From Nitrospirota bacterium (lineage in GTDB: Bacteria > Nitrospirota > UBA9217), in assembly GCA_963845065.1 (NCBI GenBank), contig CAWJQQ010000002.1:512001-576000 (forward strand): DNA of 64,000 bases, written 5' to 3'. Both the position numbers and the translations under genes were made by a program. The notes under the pieces are model-generated. The model worked only from the letters and a program-made list of their open reading frames with translations. It was not told where the DNA came from and did not search any database. This document shows positions 54,083 to 64,000 of the stretch, in pieces. How positions within the stretch are numbered: position 1 is the first letter of the stretch; each line of letters begins with the position of its first letter.

Positions 54083-54362
54083 ACATGGGGTAGGTCAGCT
54101 TATAATTCCTGAGGAGTGATGCTATTCCTATCTGCGTCAAGACTCGTGGCATTCTATTATGGTTTTATAAAATCTCAATAGATTCTTAACGTTTCATGGT
54201 CATACACAGAGCCAACCCGATCAAGCATGTTTTCTAAGCTGGAGAATTCATGATTTCGTTGCTTTTGAGATATAGAAGTTGAAGATGTGCCTGTAAATAA
54301 ATGATTGCGTTTTTTGGCGAGCGGAATAACGTAAGCCAAGAGCATCGGGAAGGGGGCTTCTC

Positions 54363-55178
54363 ATGAATACAGAACAGCAAAGTATGAGGCAACCAGTCCT
54401 GTCGCAATGGGCATCTACCGAACATATAGCAGAAGTGGGCTTCGGCCTAGCCATTTTTGCAGGCGTCGCAGCAATCCTTTCTGGTTTCGGGACGAGGTGG
54501 GGATGGTGGGATTACAGGAGTGGACTTACCTTGCTGAGGGTAGCCGCTTTATGCGGTGGCGTCGCAGGCACTGTTTCCTTGTTGGGGGGTGTTCTTGCTA
54601 GGCATCATCGACGTGGAAAGTTTTTTTTTATGGCAGCCGCAGGCATTCTGATCGGACTGCTTACTGTCGGGATTCCCTGGTCATGGGCGCACAAGGCAGG
54701 GCAATTGCCATTGATCCACGACATAACAACAGACATGATTAATCCACCACAGTTTAAGGCTATCCTGCCGCTTAGGAGCAATGCGGACAATACTGTGGTA
54801 TATAAGGGACTGGAAACCGCATCACAGCAAATGAGCGCATACCCGGACATCCGACCGCTCGTGCTTCCCATCTCGCCGGTATCATCTTTCAACATAGCCC
54901 TAACCACGGCAAAAAATATGGGCTGGCAAATCATCAACAGTAATGCTGAGCAGGGCCGGATCGAAGCGGTTGCAACCACGTTCTGGTTCGGGTTTAAGGA
55001 TGACATCGTCGTCCGCGTGACTCCCGAGTTGAGCGGAAGCAGGGTCGACATTCGATCCACGTCGCGTGTAGGACAGAGTGATATTGGCACCAATGCCGAA
55101 CGCATTCGGACGTTCCTGCAGAAGATGAAGAATGAGCCGTTAGGCTCAAACGGCAGCAGAGAAGACATCGGATATTGA
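54363..55178 (+). CDS. DUF1499 domain membrane protein
   Basis: Three TM helices, IHDITTD, FWFGFKDD, RSTSRVGQSDIGTNAERI. Confidence 0.9.
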   Translation: MNTEQQSMRQPVLSQWASTEHIAEVGFGLAIFAGVAAILSGFGTRWGWWDYRSGLTLLRVAALCGGVAGTVSLLGGVLARHHRRGKFFFMAAAGILIGLLTVGIPWSWAHKAGQLPLIHDITTDMINPPQFKAILPLRSNADNTVVYKGLETASQQMSAYPDIRPLVLPISPVSSFNIALTTAKNMGWQIINSNAEQGRIEAVATTFWFGFKDDIVVRVTPELSGSRVDIRSTSRVGQSDIGTNAERIRTFLQKMKNEPLGSNGSREDIGY

Positions 55179-55457
55179 TGCAAGCGTATATGGAAGTCAC
55201 TTTACCAGCCTCCGAGACAAAGAAAAAATACGCGCTCGGTTGTCGGATCTTCACATGAGTTGCGAAACGGGCCTGCGAGCTGAAAAATCACGGCAGCAGT
55301 CAGAAGGAGTGTAATGTGTCATCATGGCGCGGTTTCAGACTGTGGGGTTGAGTTAGTAGCTCAGAAATCAGTACATTGAGAGTGTCAATTGCTGTTTTTC
55401 CGATACAGTCGTCTGTCCAAATGGCGTGATTTTATCTCGATTACCATAAGGCTTGTA

Positions 55458-56345
55458 TTATGTGCTGAACAGTAGATCTAAGAAAGAATTCTTATAGCCC
55501 GTAATTTTTTTATCCTTTCTAGTGATCACGCAAAGATGTTCAAGCGGAAGAAAATGACGGACCGAAATAAACGATAAGTTCCTATTATTTAGAACAGGCA
55601 GATCTTTCACCATCGAAGCAAAGGTAACACCGAGCCCCATTTCCACGTAGATAGAACTCAGTTCAATATTGGAAGATTCCATGATTACAGAATATTGAAC
55701 ATTCTGTTTATGGAAAAGGGTTTCCAGTTTGCTTCTCTGGAGAGCATCGCTTCTTGTTGACGGCAGGATAAGGGGGGTTTGAGCGATCTCTTCTAGTGAT
55801 ATTTTTTCCCTCGCAGACAAAGGATGTCCCGAAGGTATGAGGAGGACGGGTTCGATCATTTTCCATCGTCGTTTCCTCAATGAACCGGACGCCGTGCTTT
55901 CGAGTGCCATACCCATATCGACATCACCGCCTTTGACCAGTTCTATAACCTCTTGCTGTGTACGGTCAAGGAGAGACAGCTCGACCCAGGGAAACTGCTT
56001 ATGATATTTTTTTATAATCCCAGGAAGCAGGTGGTAAAGGGTTGTAAAGGGCGCGGCTATTTTTAATACTCCCTTTTTGAACTCCCTGTGTTCAGCTATG
56101 TCTTCACGCAATTGAGTGTAATCCAGAAGCAGAGATTCCGCGAATTTGAGGAACCGTTCCCCAAGAGGGGTAACTATGACTTGCCTTTTCCCGATCCTTT
56201 CCAGCAATTGACAATCAAACTCCCTTTCGAGGGCCTTGATCTGTTGTGTTAATGCAGATTGCGTTCTCAAAGTGGCTTCTGCTGCCCGCGTAAAGCTCTT
56301 GAGCTTTGCTACCTGATAGAAACCGATGATCTGCTGCCATTCCAT
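55458..56345 (-). CDS. LysR family transcriptional regulator
   Basis: SFTRAAE...TQSALTQQIKALE HTH. Confidence 0.93.
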   Translation of the reverse strand: MEWQQIIGFYQVAKLKSFTRAAEATLRTQSALTQQIKALEREFDCQLLERIGKRQVIVTPLGERFLKFAESLLLDYTQLREDIAEHREFKKGVLKIAAPFTTLYHLLPGIIKKYHKQFPWVELSLLDRTQQEVIELVKGGDVDMGMALESTASGSLRKRRWKMIEPVLLIPSGHPLSAREKISLEEIAQTPLILPSTRSDALQRSKLETLFHKQNVQYSVIMESSNIELSSIYVEMGLGVTFASMVKDLPVLNNRNLSFISVRHFLPLEHLCVITRKDKKITGYKNSFLDLLFST

Positions 56346-56370
56346 GTCACACCCCACAAAATTACAATAT

Positions 56371-56416
56371 ATTAGCATGGCTAATTAACATAAGCAATAA
56401 TATTAATTTTACTAAT
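56371..56416. promoter_or_regulatory. Putative LysR boxes in the divergent promoter
   Basis: ATTAGC-ATG-GCTAAT (T-N11-A dyad) and ATTAATTTTACTAAT. Confidence 0.55.
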
Positions 56417-56475
56417 ATATATAATTCGAGGACAATTGGCTCATTAGAAAATCCAATCATCGTTTGGAGGTTATC

Positions 56476-56907
56476 ATGAGAGGCGAATCTTTGCGACCCG
56501 GCTTGAGCTATGAATTCAATTTTAAAGTGACAGAGAACAAGACCGTGCCGCACCTCTATCCAGAATCTCCGGAGTTCAGCTTGATGCCCCCCGTTTTGGC
56601 TACAGGGTTTATGGTCGGGCTCTTCGAATGGGCCTGCATTCAAGCAATCAATCCCTATATTGATTGGCCCCGGGAGCAGACGGTAGGCACGCATATTAAT
56701 TTGAGCCACGAGGCTGCGACGCCAGCTGGTCTCACTGTTACCGTTAAGGTGAGACTGGAATTTATTGAAGGAAGGAAACTGGTATTTTCCATAAAGGCTG
56801 ACGATGGCATCGATAAGATATCTGAAGGCATTCACGAACGGTATATCATTCTTGCTTCAAAATTCAATGAAAAGGCAAAGGCAAAAGCCGCAAGAGGCAT
56901 GTCGTAA
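56476..56907 (+). CDS. Fluoroacetyl-CoA thioesterase (FlK)-like hotdog thioesterase
   Basis: VLATGFMVGLFEWAC and VGTHINLSHEAATP (Thr/Glu/His triad pattern). Confidence 0.88.
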   Translation: MRGESLRPGLSYEFNFKVTENKTVPHLYPESPEFSLMPPVLATGFMVGLFEWACIQAINPYIDWPREQTVGTHINLSHEAATPAGLTVTVKVRLEFIEGRKLVFSIKADDGIDKISEGIHERYIILASKFNEKAKAKAARGMS

Positions 56908-57194
56908 TAGGGTATACTGGTGGGCAGCGCGTGGCTAAGGATAGGCTGTTATCACTCTGGGAAAGCGCGTAGCTAAATGTAGTCGCCTTTTCCCCATGCG
57001 CGCCTCCATATTTGTAAAAGAATAGAGGGACGACATTTTTTTCCCCCCTCGTTATCATCTGATCAGCAAGCCTCTTCAACGCTATCTGCAGCATATCAAG
57101 CTCATGCTCTTTCGCGTCACGGATTAAAAGTAGACGGCACACATACTGGCTCGCCCGCCAACAGTCCTCCAGCGCCCCTGCCCGTTCCTCAATG

Positions 57195-57570
57195 GCCTTG
57201 AACAAAAAAAGAACGAATAGACAAGCACGACGCCTGTAATGATCGCTGTCACCTGCAACGAGTAATCAATCGCGATCGGTTCGTTAACATCTAGCGCGTC
57301 GTGGACGTGCATGCTGTCTCGGGGCCATCATGGCATCAGAAACCATGCCAACGAGAAATACAGCTAGCGGGAAACTTTCGTTGAATCTCCGATCGCCACT
57401 CTTATACGGGGCCAGCCGTAGATGAGAAACGCGATGCCGTAACCGAAAGCAAGCGCTTCGTTAAGTGACAATACAATCAGATAGGGCATTTGCGATTACG
57501 CAGGGTGGATATCGGGAGAGGGCTGCCAGATCACTGCCCCAGATAAAAGGCTGATATCCCGATAATTAGG
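57195..57570 (-). pseudogene. Degraded small membrane protein
   Basis: Hydrophobic fragments with stops and frameshifts: EALAFGYGIAFLIYGW, AWFLMP*WPRDSMHVH. Confidence 0.45.
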
Positions 57571-57707
57571 ATTAGGACTATCACTTTTCTGATGACAATA
57601 ATGCAAGGCTTCTTAAAGAATTTTTTGATAGTTTCATTTTATCATAACTATTTTCAAAGTTGCTCCCCGATCCTTACAGTTGCGACTGGGTGCCACCTCT
57701 TGCATCC

Positions 57708-58517
57708 TTATCTCACTAAGAGCGAGATCGCTCCAGTACGGCATACCCTCCGACATAAGCCGCAACCGAAACACTTGTGAGGATCGATGTGGGCATGGGA
57801 TTCGCCATGGTGCTGGTGGCTGTTAATAGCTTTAAAATGACACTCGATATCGCACAGTCCACAGCCGGTGCAGAGCATTTCATCCACTCTCGCCACGTAC
57901 TCTGCGCGCTCCATGGTCTCCACGCTGGTTCGGGAAAGGGTCAGCAATGCAAGACAATCCTCAGGCCTGCAGTTGCAGATCGCGCCGATAAAAGGGGTCA
58001 TCATGGTCCAAATGGTATGGACCCTTCCCTGCCCTTCCATAGCCTCCATCTGTGAGATTGCAGCGTCAGGCAAGAGCGCTTCCATTCCTTCATCGGATGC
58101 CTTGCCAAAATACCCCATGTTTATCGAGTTGTACCATGCCTCGGGCCCGTAGCTCACAGCGTAGCAGCAGCGCTCTTCTTTTTTCCCGATGTTCCATCTG
58201 CACGCACAGGGCATGCGTACCACGGTCCTAGCATTGCCAACTACCTCGGCGATCTCCTCGATAGGCAGCACCTGGCCGAAATGCTCAGCTTTAGATTTTT
58301 GGACCATGGCAGTCTTTACTGCCTGCGGGAGCTTGCCTTTTTTACGGAAGATCGTCTCAAGCCTTCCTAACGTTTGAAACCCTTCACTGAAGGCGGAGGT
58401 GAGGAAGTTCTCGATATAGTTACGGCGATAGAGATCGGACAAAAGGTCCTGGCCGTAATTCGCTGCGTTCTTGTACCAGATCTTACCATCTCCGTGGTTT
58501 GTGCAGAATTCACACAT
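57708..58517 (-). CDS. 4Fe-4S dicluster domain protein
   Basis: CTGCGLCDIEC, CFGCGLCRRVC, plus CACR and ICNC motifs. Confidence 0.88.
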   Translation of the reverse strand: MCEFCTNHGDGKIWYKNAANYGQDLLSDLYRRNYIENFLTSAFSEGFQTLGRLETIFRKKGKLPQAVKTAMVQKSKAEHFGQVLPIEEIAEVVGNARTVVRMPCACRWNIGKKEERCCYAVSYGPEAWYNSINMGYFGKASDEGMEALLPDAAISQMEAMEGQGRVHTIWTMMTPFIGAICNCRPEDCLALLTLSRTSVETMERAEYVARVDEMLCTGCGLCDIECHFKAINSHQHHGESHAHIDPHKCFGCGLCRRVCRTGAISLLVR

Positions 58518-58577
58518 AGTAACTTCAATCCTATAGCCGGCTAAATTCTCGACTTAAAAACCTAGTCTTTCCTCAAA

Positions 58578-58619
58578 GCAATCTCACCGCTAAAGCATGT
58601 GGGGTTTCCCAGACTATTT
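58578..58619 (-). repeat. Solo IS605-like right end, family A copy 4
   Basis: CTCACCGCTAAAGCATGTGGGGTTTCCC...CTATTT. Confidence 0.7.
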
Positions 58620-59020
58620 CCCCAATTTTCAATTTAATGCTTCTTGGATCGGAACTCTCTAGGCCTACAATGTCCCAGGCTTTTTAGACTGCAAAATTAT
58701 TCTGCTGCAAATTCCTTGGGTTGTTGACATTTTTGCACTCCAAGCGCAGTGGCTGATAAGACCACAACCAGCTCAAGGGACACCTTTGCAACGGTTCAAT
58801 ACCATCTCTGTTCCTGTTTTTTATGGCGACTAATAATACGCTGGCACAACGTTGAGCAGAACTCCTCGGCATCAGCGGTAGTGAGAAGAGTGCATCTGCA
58901 TGTGGGTACAGCAAACTATCGATATTGTAAAAAAAATGCGTGAGATTCTTTCTGCTTCAAGTTTCAAAATTGAATGAGTCCCCTGATTAGAGATAAATTT
59001 CTAACAGGTTGATAAACTTC

Positions 59021-60592
59021 CTATTCCCACTCGATCGTGCTCGGGGGCTTGGATGAGATATCGTAGCACACTCGGTTTACGCCCTTTACCTCGTTGATGA
59101 TCCGATTGGATATGACACCCAAGACGTCGTAAGGGATCTTCGCCCAATCAGCAGTCATTCCATCCTGACTCGTGACCGCACGGATCGCGACCACATTTTC
59201 ATAAGTTCGCTCATCTCCCATCACCCCCACGGTTTTGATTGGAAGCAGTACGGCGAAAGATTGCCAGACCTGTTTATAGAGCCCCGCTGTTTTGATTTCT
59301 TCAAGAACTATAGCATCAGCCTCGCGCAAAATCTTAAGCCTCGGCTCGGTCACTACTCCCAGGATGCGGATAGCTAATCCCGGCCCAGGAAAGGGCTGGC
59401 GGTCAATGATATAATCTGGCATCTTCATTTCTCTGCCGATGGCCCGGACTTCGTCTTTAAATAATTCCCTAAGCGGCTCCACGAGTTTGAGCTTCATCTT
59501 CTCCGGCAGACCGCCCACATTGTGATGAGACTTGATGACAGCTGACGGTCCTTTGAACGACACGCTCTCGATTACATCGGGATAGAGCGTGCCCTGGACA
59601 AGAAATTCAGCTCCTCCTACAGCGTGGGCTTCGCGCTCGAACACCTCGATAAAGGTACTGCCAATTATCTTCCGCTTTTTTTCAGGGTCCTCGACTCCGG
59701 AGAGCTTGCTCAGAAATTCCTGGGATGCATCGACGTACTTGAGTTTCAGCCCCATGTTTTTGAATGTCTGCTGGACCTGCTCTGCTTCGTTTTTGCGGAG
59801 AACGCCATTATTCACAAATATGCAGGTGAGCAGCTTGCCGATGGCACTGTGGACGAGAACCGCCGCAACGGACGAGTCTACACCTCCTGAGAGGCCGCAC
59901 ACGGCTTTCTTATCGCCGATGGCCTTGCGTATTTCACCGACGGAATAGTCCACAAAGGATGCCATAGTCCAAGTTGGCTCGCACTTGCAGATACTGTACA
60001 CGAAATTCTTGAGCATCTGGGTGCCTTGGGATGTGTGTACAACCTCGGGGTGGAACTGCACACCATAGAATTTTCGCTTTTCATCAGCCATTGCTGCTGT
60101 CGGTGAGTTGTCCGTATGGGCAATGGCCGAGAATCCTTCCGGCATTTTCTCGATCCTGTCTCCGTGGCTCATCCACACGATGGTCCCGTGTTCTTCGCTC
60201 CGAGTTCCGATTTTTGTGCCAACACCTTTAAAAAGATCAGCGTCGCTGTTAATAACCAGCTCCGCCCTTCCGTACTCGCGCTTGCTCGATTTCGCGACCA
60301 TGCCGCCTTCGACGTATGTCATGAGCTGCATGCCGTAGCAGATACCGAGAACGGGCACGCCCAGTTCGAAGTGGGCCCGGTCGATGAGCGGTGCGCCGCC
60401 CTCATATACGCTCGACGGACCGCCTGAAAGGATCAGTCCTTTCGGCCGAAATGCCTTGACCTTGTCAATTCCTGCATTATACGGAAATATTTCGCAATAG
60501 ACTTTCGCCTCGCGCACTCGTCGTGCGATGAGTTGGGTATACTGGGAACCAAAGTCGAGTATCAAGATACGTTCGCTGTGGATGTCGGACAC
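59021..60592 (-). CDS. guaA: GMP synthase (glutamine-hydrolysing)
   Basis: [35 protein letters not shown] start. Confidence 0.97.
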   Translation of the reverse strand: MSDIHSERILILDFGSQYTQLIARRVREAKVYCEIFPYNAGIDKVKAFRPKGLILSGGPSSVYEGGAPLIDRAHFELGVPVLGICYGMQLMTYVEGGMVAKSSKREYGRAELVINSDADLFKGVGTKIGTRSEEHGTIVWMSHGDRIEKMPEGFSAIAHTDNSPTAAMADEKRKFYGVQFHPEVVHTSQGTQMLKNFVYSICKCEPTWTMASFVDYSVGEIRKAIGDKKAVCGLSGGVDSSVAAVLVHSAIGKLLTCIFVNNGVLRKNEAEQVQQTFKNMGLKLKYVDASQEFLSKLSGVEDPEKKRKIIGSTFIEVFEREAHAVGGAEFLVQGTLYPDVIESVSFKGPSAVIKSHHNVGGLPEKMKLKLVEPLRELFKDEVRAIGREMKMPDYIIDRQPFPGPGLAIRILGVVTEPRLKILREADAIVLEEIKTAGLYKQVWQSFAVLLPIKTVGVMGDERTYENVVAIRAVTSQDGMTADWAKIPYDVLGVISNRIINEVKGVNRVCYDISSKPPSTIEWE

Positions 60593-60716
60593 GGAAAACC
60601 CCTTTCGCGAAGAAAATATGAACGACATTATATCAGGATGTCGACAACTGTCAATCGGAGAATCGGATGAAAAACTGACCTTGACAAGATTCACCATGAC
60701 CATTTATTATAAGTAA

Positions 60717-61475
60717 ATGGAACTGCTACAGTATCATAGACTTCGCGAAATGGCGCACCAGGTAGCCGCTACTCTCCCGAAACCCGCCTTTTACAAAAAG
60801 TACGAAAGATTTATTCGGCAGGCCGATGAGACCCTCGCGACTCATGATCTTGTCAGAAGGTGCCGGTCCTACCTCGATGAGTCACAGATGGAATGTGCGC
60901 ACGGACTTTTCCACTGTGAAGCTGTCGCTCGCGACGCTGGCGCACTCATCCTGATCGAAATGAATAATGGCGTCACTACCTGGCAGGAGACTGAACCGCT
61001 GTTTACAGCGGCGATCATCGCCGGATTGCTTCATGACATCAAGCGAAAAGAACAGGACCATGCCGTTCGGGGGAGCATCGAGGCGGAAAAGATTCTGACG
61101 GGACTCGGTATGAGTTTGAAAGAGCGCCAATACATTGCTGATGCCATCAGGAACCACGAAGCATTTCAGGAAACCTTCGATCGTGACGACGATGCAGGAA
61201 AACTGGTAAGTGACGCGCTTTATGATGCCGACAAATTCCGGTGGGGACCTGAAAATTTTACCACGACCCTCTGGCTCATGGTGGAAACCAACAATATTCC
61301 TCTCGCGTCGTTGCACAGGACATTCAAGGAAAAAATGAAAGGAATCGAAAAGATCAAAGAAACCTTCCGGACCCCAACAGGCAGGCAATTCGGTCCGGAA
61401 TTTATCGACATCGGGATATCCATCGGAAATGCGATTTACGAGGAAATGAACTCACTCCTTAAGCTCGGCCACTGA
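60717..61475 (+). CDS. HD domain protein
   Basis: H...LLHDI...H...NHE...DADK. Confidence 0.85.
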   Translation: MELLQYHRLREMAHQVAATLPKPAFYKKYERFIRQADETLATHDLVRRCRSYLDESQMECAHGLFHCEAVARDAGALILIEMNNGVTTWQETEPLFTAAIIAGLLHDIKRKEQDHAVRGSIEAEKILTGLGMSLKERQYIADAIRNHEAFQETFDRDDDAGKLVSDALYDADKFRWGPENFTTTLWLMVETNNIPLASLHRTFKEKMKGIEKIKETFRTPTGRQFGPEFIDIGISIGNAIYEEMNSLLKLGH

Positions 61476-61543
61476 ATATAGCTACTCAGGAAGCTCCGCA
61501 CCCTTCCCCTGCTCATTTCCTCGCGCCTGTCCTCTGCGCGTGC

Positions 61544-62443
61544 TCACTCGGCATCCTGCTCCTGCTTGCCATACACTTTTTTCATGACCGCATCAGCACG
61601 CTCCTTGCGCGCTTCGAGCACACCCTGCTTGAACGGCAGGGTTTCTTCAGCAAACATCGCAGAGCGTAGCCACTCGTAGGCTAGCTTCAGTAGCTCGACA
61701 TCATCAGTGCGAACCTTCTCTATCCGCGCCTCGGGGATCTCGTAGGTCTCTAGAAAACTGCTGCCAAGCACGAACTCGCGGAAATAGTCCGTATTGGTGC
61801 TGACCATAAAAAACATCTTGTTTTTAATGTCAGGAAATTCCCTTTCGCCAAAGGATTTCTTTTTGATCAAGATATCCATCCATCCGCGGTTAACATCGTC
61901 GTACAGGTCCGCCTCCTGGTCTTTGCGCCACTCATTTATGGTCCAGTTCCTGTCCTCTTCGAAGCCCTTGCAGTGGTCCTCTTTGGTCAAGAAATAGAAC
62001 TCGTCTTTGCCGCCCTTGGACTCTTTATTCCTGAGCGTTGCCATGCCGATGGGATAATAGCGACAGATGTTTGGCCTGTCCTTGTAGACCGTGCAGCCCT
62101 CAGGCGTTACGAACGGGCAGCTTCGTTTATCGTCGGTCTTCATTTTGAGTGTGATTACCGGAAGTAGCGTCTTCGCCAGTATCTCGATCTCGCAATACTG
62201 ATTTATGAAGTCCTCGGACGTCATGCCGAGCCTTTTCCGGAGACGCAGGAGATCGTAGGGCGGCAGCACAATGTTGATGTTGCTGCAGCAGGCGGTAAAA
62301 CACTTCACACCCTTGTGGCAGCTGAACTTAAGCCTGCTGTTCCCCGTCAGCTTAATGGGCAGAACCTTATCGGTATCGCTTTTTTTAAACGGCTCGACCT
62401 TGAAGTCTTCCGCTTTCATCGTTTCTTTTTTCTTATCTTTCAT
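61544..62443 (-). CDS. YkgJ family cysteine-cluster protein (long form)
   Basis: CFTACC, CPF...CTVY..RPNICRYYP. Confidence 0.88.
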   Translation of the reverse strand: MKDKKKETMKAEDFKVEPFKKSDTDKVLPIKLTGNSRLKFSCHKGVKCFTACCSNINIVLPPYDLLRLRKRLGMTSEDFINQYCEIEILAKTLLPVITLKMKTDDKRSCPFVTPEGCTVYKDRPNICRYYPIGMATLRNKESKGGKDEFYFLTKEDHCKGFEEDRNWTINEWRKDQEADLYDDVNRGWMDILIKKKSFGEREFPDIKNKMFFMVSTNTDYFREFVLGSSFLETYEIPEARIEKVRTDDVELLKLAYEWLRSAMFAEETLPFKQGVLEARKERADAVMKKVYGKQEQDAE

Positions 62444-62503
62444 AACACCCTCTTTGCCCATGTTTTTTATCCCGCACTCCCCATTCCAAAATCCGTATTC
62501 GTA

Positions 62504-63004
62504 TCACTTCATCCATCCTTGTATTTCGTGATGCTGCCGTATAAACAGTTCGACACCCTCATGGTCTGGCCCGAGAATTTCTTTGAACCTGTCGAGTGCT
62601 TCGTAAAACTGCATTTCTCTCGTACCGTTGACAAGGTTGTCGGCGTAGGAAACGATTTTTTCTTCAACCGTGTGTGGCAGGTAATCCTTTTCCGGTAGAC
62701 CGAGTCGCACGGCCTCCTTTGCAGTTATTCCCGCGCCGATGTGGCGCTCGATAATATTGACGAGTTCGTCCGGAAATCCAAGATTTCTTGCGATTGCAAC
62801 GCCCTCCACGGCATGGTCAATCCCCTGCGTCTTCGATCTGCCGATATCATGGAACAGACTTCCCTTGCGCACCAGGTTAGGGTCGGCCGTAATTTTCACT
62901 CGTCTGGCAATTGAAAGCGCCACATTCGAGACGGCTTTACAATGCGCCACAACATCAGACGAACAACCGGCGGCAATAAGGACCTTAACATTTGAATCGT
63001 TCAT
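62504..63004 (-). CDS. HD domain protein (TIGR00295-like)
   Basis: HDIGR, ERHIGAG, EEKIVSYAD. Confidence 0.88.
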   Translation of the reverse strand: MNDSNVKVLIAAGCSSDVVAHCKAVSNVALSIARRVKITADPNLVRKGSLFHDIGRSKTQGIDHAVEGVAIARNLGFPDELVNIIERHIGAGITAKEAVRLGLPEKDYLPHTVEEKIVSYADNLVNGTREMQFYEALDRFKEILGPDHEGVELFIRQHHEIQGWMK

Positions 63005-63087
63005 GGCGTTATGAATAGTACCACTTTTCAGATAAATATCAATAAGTTTAGAAAGCGACGCCCCCCGCATCTCCAGACTTATTTGTC

Positions 63088-63119
63088 AAAAAAAGGGGCT
63101 GGCATTTCAGCCAGCCCCT
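63088..63119 (-). terminator. Intrinsic terminator of hppA
   Basis: AGGGGCTGGC/GCCAGCCCCT stem plus T-run on the minus strand. Confidence 0.85.
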
Positions 63120-63143
63120 CGTTGGATAAGATGTCGCAGTTGC

Positions 63144-64000
63144 CTACCTGACAAGTGGAACGATCAGAAGTGCAACGATGTTGATGACCTTGATCATCGG
63201 GTTGATGGCCGGGCCCGCAGTGTCCTTGTATGGATCACCGACCGTATCACCGGTCACCGAGGCTTTGTGTCCTTCACTGCCCTTCTTGTGTACGACGCCT
63301 TTGCTATCCGTAACGCCGTCCTCGAAGGACTTCTTGGCGTTGTCCCAAGCACCGCCGCCGCTCGTCATTGCAATGGCCTGGAAGAGACCTGTCAGAATGG
63401 CACCGATGAGCACGCCGCCCAAGGCTTCCTTGCCCAGCAGGAGACCTACTAGGACCGGTACGACTACCGGAAGGAGCGCCGGAACCATCATCTCATTAAT
63501 GGCGCTTTTGGTCACGATATCAACACATTTGCCATACTGAGGCTTTCCCGTGCCTTCCATTATGCCCTTTATCTCGCGGAACTGTCTGCGAACTTCCTCC
63601 ACCACGCCGCCTGCTGCCTTACCCACTGACTCCATGAGGAGCGAACCGAAGTAGTAGGGGAGCAAGCCGCCTATAAACAGGCCGCATAGAACCATCGGGT
63701 TCGAAAGGTCGAACAGGATCGTCGTTCCGAATGAACGTGAATATTCTGAAAAAAGCACTAAAGCGGCAAGTGCCGCGGAACCGATAGCATAGCCCTTGGT
63801 CACTGCCTTGGTGGTGTTCCCGACTGCATCGAGGGGATCCGTGATATCGCGGATCTCCTTCGGGAGCCCGGCCATTTCAGCGACACCGCCCGCATTGTCT
63901 GTGATCGGGCCGTAAGAGTCAATGGCCACGATGATACCGGTCATGGAGAGCATGGACACAGCTGCTAGGGCAATGGCAAAGATACCACCGGATGCAGCGT
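63144..64000 (-). CDS. hppA: Membrane pyrophosphatase, 3' part (K+-independent signature)
   Basis: [42 protein letters not shown]. Confidence 0.95.
   Translation of the reverse strand, partial: AASGGIFAIALAAVSMLSMTGIIVAIDSYGPITDNAGGVAEMAGLPKEIRDITDPLDAVGNTTKAVTKGYAIGSAALAALVLFSEYSRSFGTTILFDLSNPMVLCGLFIGGLLPYYFGSLLMESVGKAAGGVVEEVRRQFREIKGIMEGTGKPQYGKCVDIVTKSAINEMMVPALLPVVVPVLVGLLLGKEALGGVLIGAILTGLFQAIAMTSGGGAWDNAKKSFEDGVTDSKGVVHKKGSEGHKASVTGDTVGDPYKDTAGPAINPMIKVINIVALLIVPLVR

Larger units (their letters stand above)
52412..54098 (+). mobile_element. tnpB-only IS200/IS605 element, copy 3 (intact)
   Basis: TTAC (52408-52411) then CAAACTATCCGCAGAAAGCCCC; right end GAACCCCCTGTCTTTAGACATGGGGTAGGTCAG. 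Confidence 0.93.

Overview
Bacterial chromosomal window, probably from an anaerobic Nitrospirota or deltaproteobacteria-like organism (inferred from gene content, not tested). It carries housekeeping genes (radA, folA, smpB, priA, nrdR, glyA, rpiB, rsmE, pcnB, moaAC, guaA, hppA, PPi-PFK), an oxidative-stress cluster (SOD, rubrerythrin, flavodoxin-like) and a sigma54-driven amtB-glnK. The intergenic space is heavily colonised by IS200/IS605/IS607 elements. Main results not visible in the ORF track: (1) two 'separate' ORFs (23686-24741 and 25000-25641) form one ~651-aa membrane-anchored multiheme cytochrome c. It has an in-frame TGA followed by a SECIS-like hairpin, so it is a candidate selenoprotein. 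(2) An 860-bp transposase-less element with 24-bp TIRs and an 8-bp target duplication carries only a DUF433/PIN toxin-antitoxin pair and sits inside an IS607 tnpB. (3) Three diverged copies of a tnpB-only element are present, two with an intact RuvC triad, all inserted 3' of TTAC. (4) There is also a 382-bp mini-element retaining a putative omegaRNA end, several solo right ends, and relics of other TnpB lineages. No CRISPR array, tRNA or rRNA was seen.
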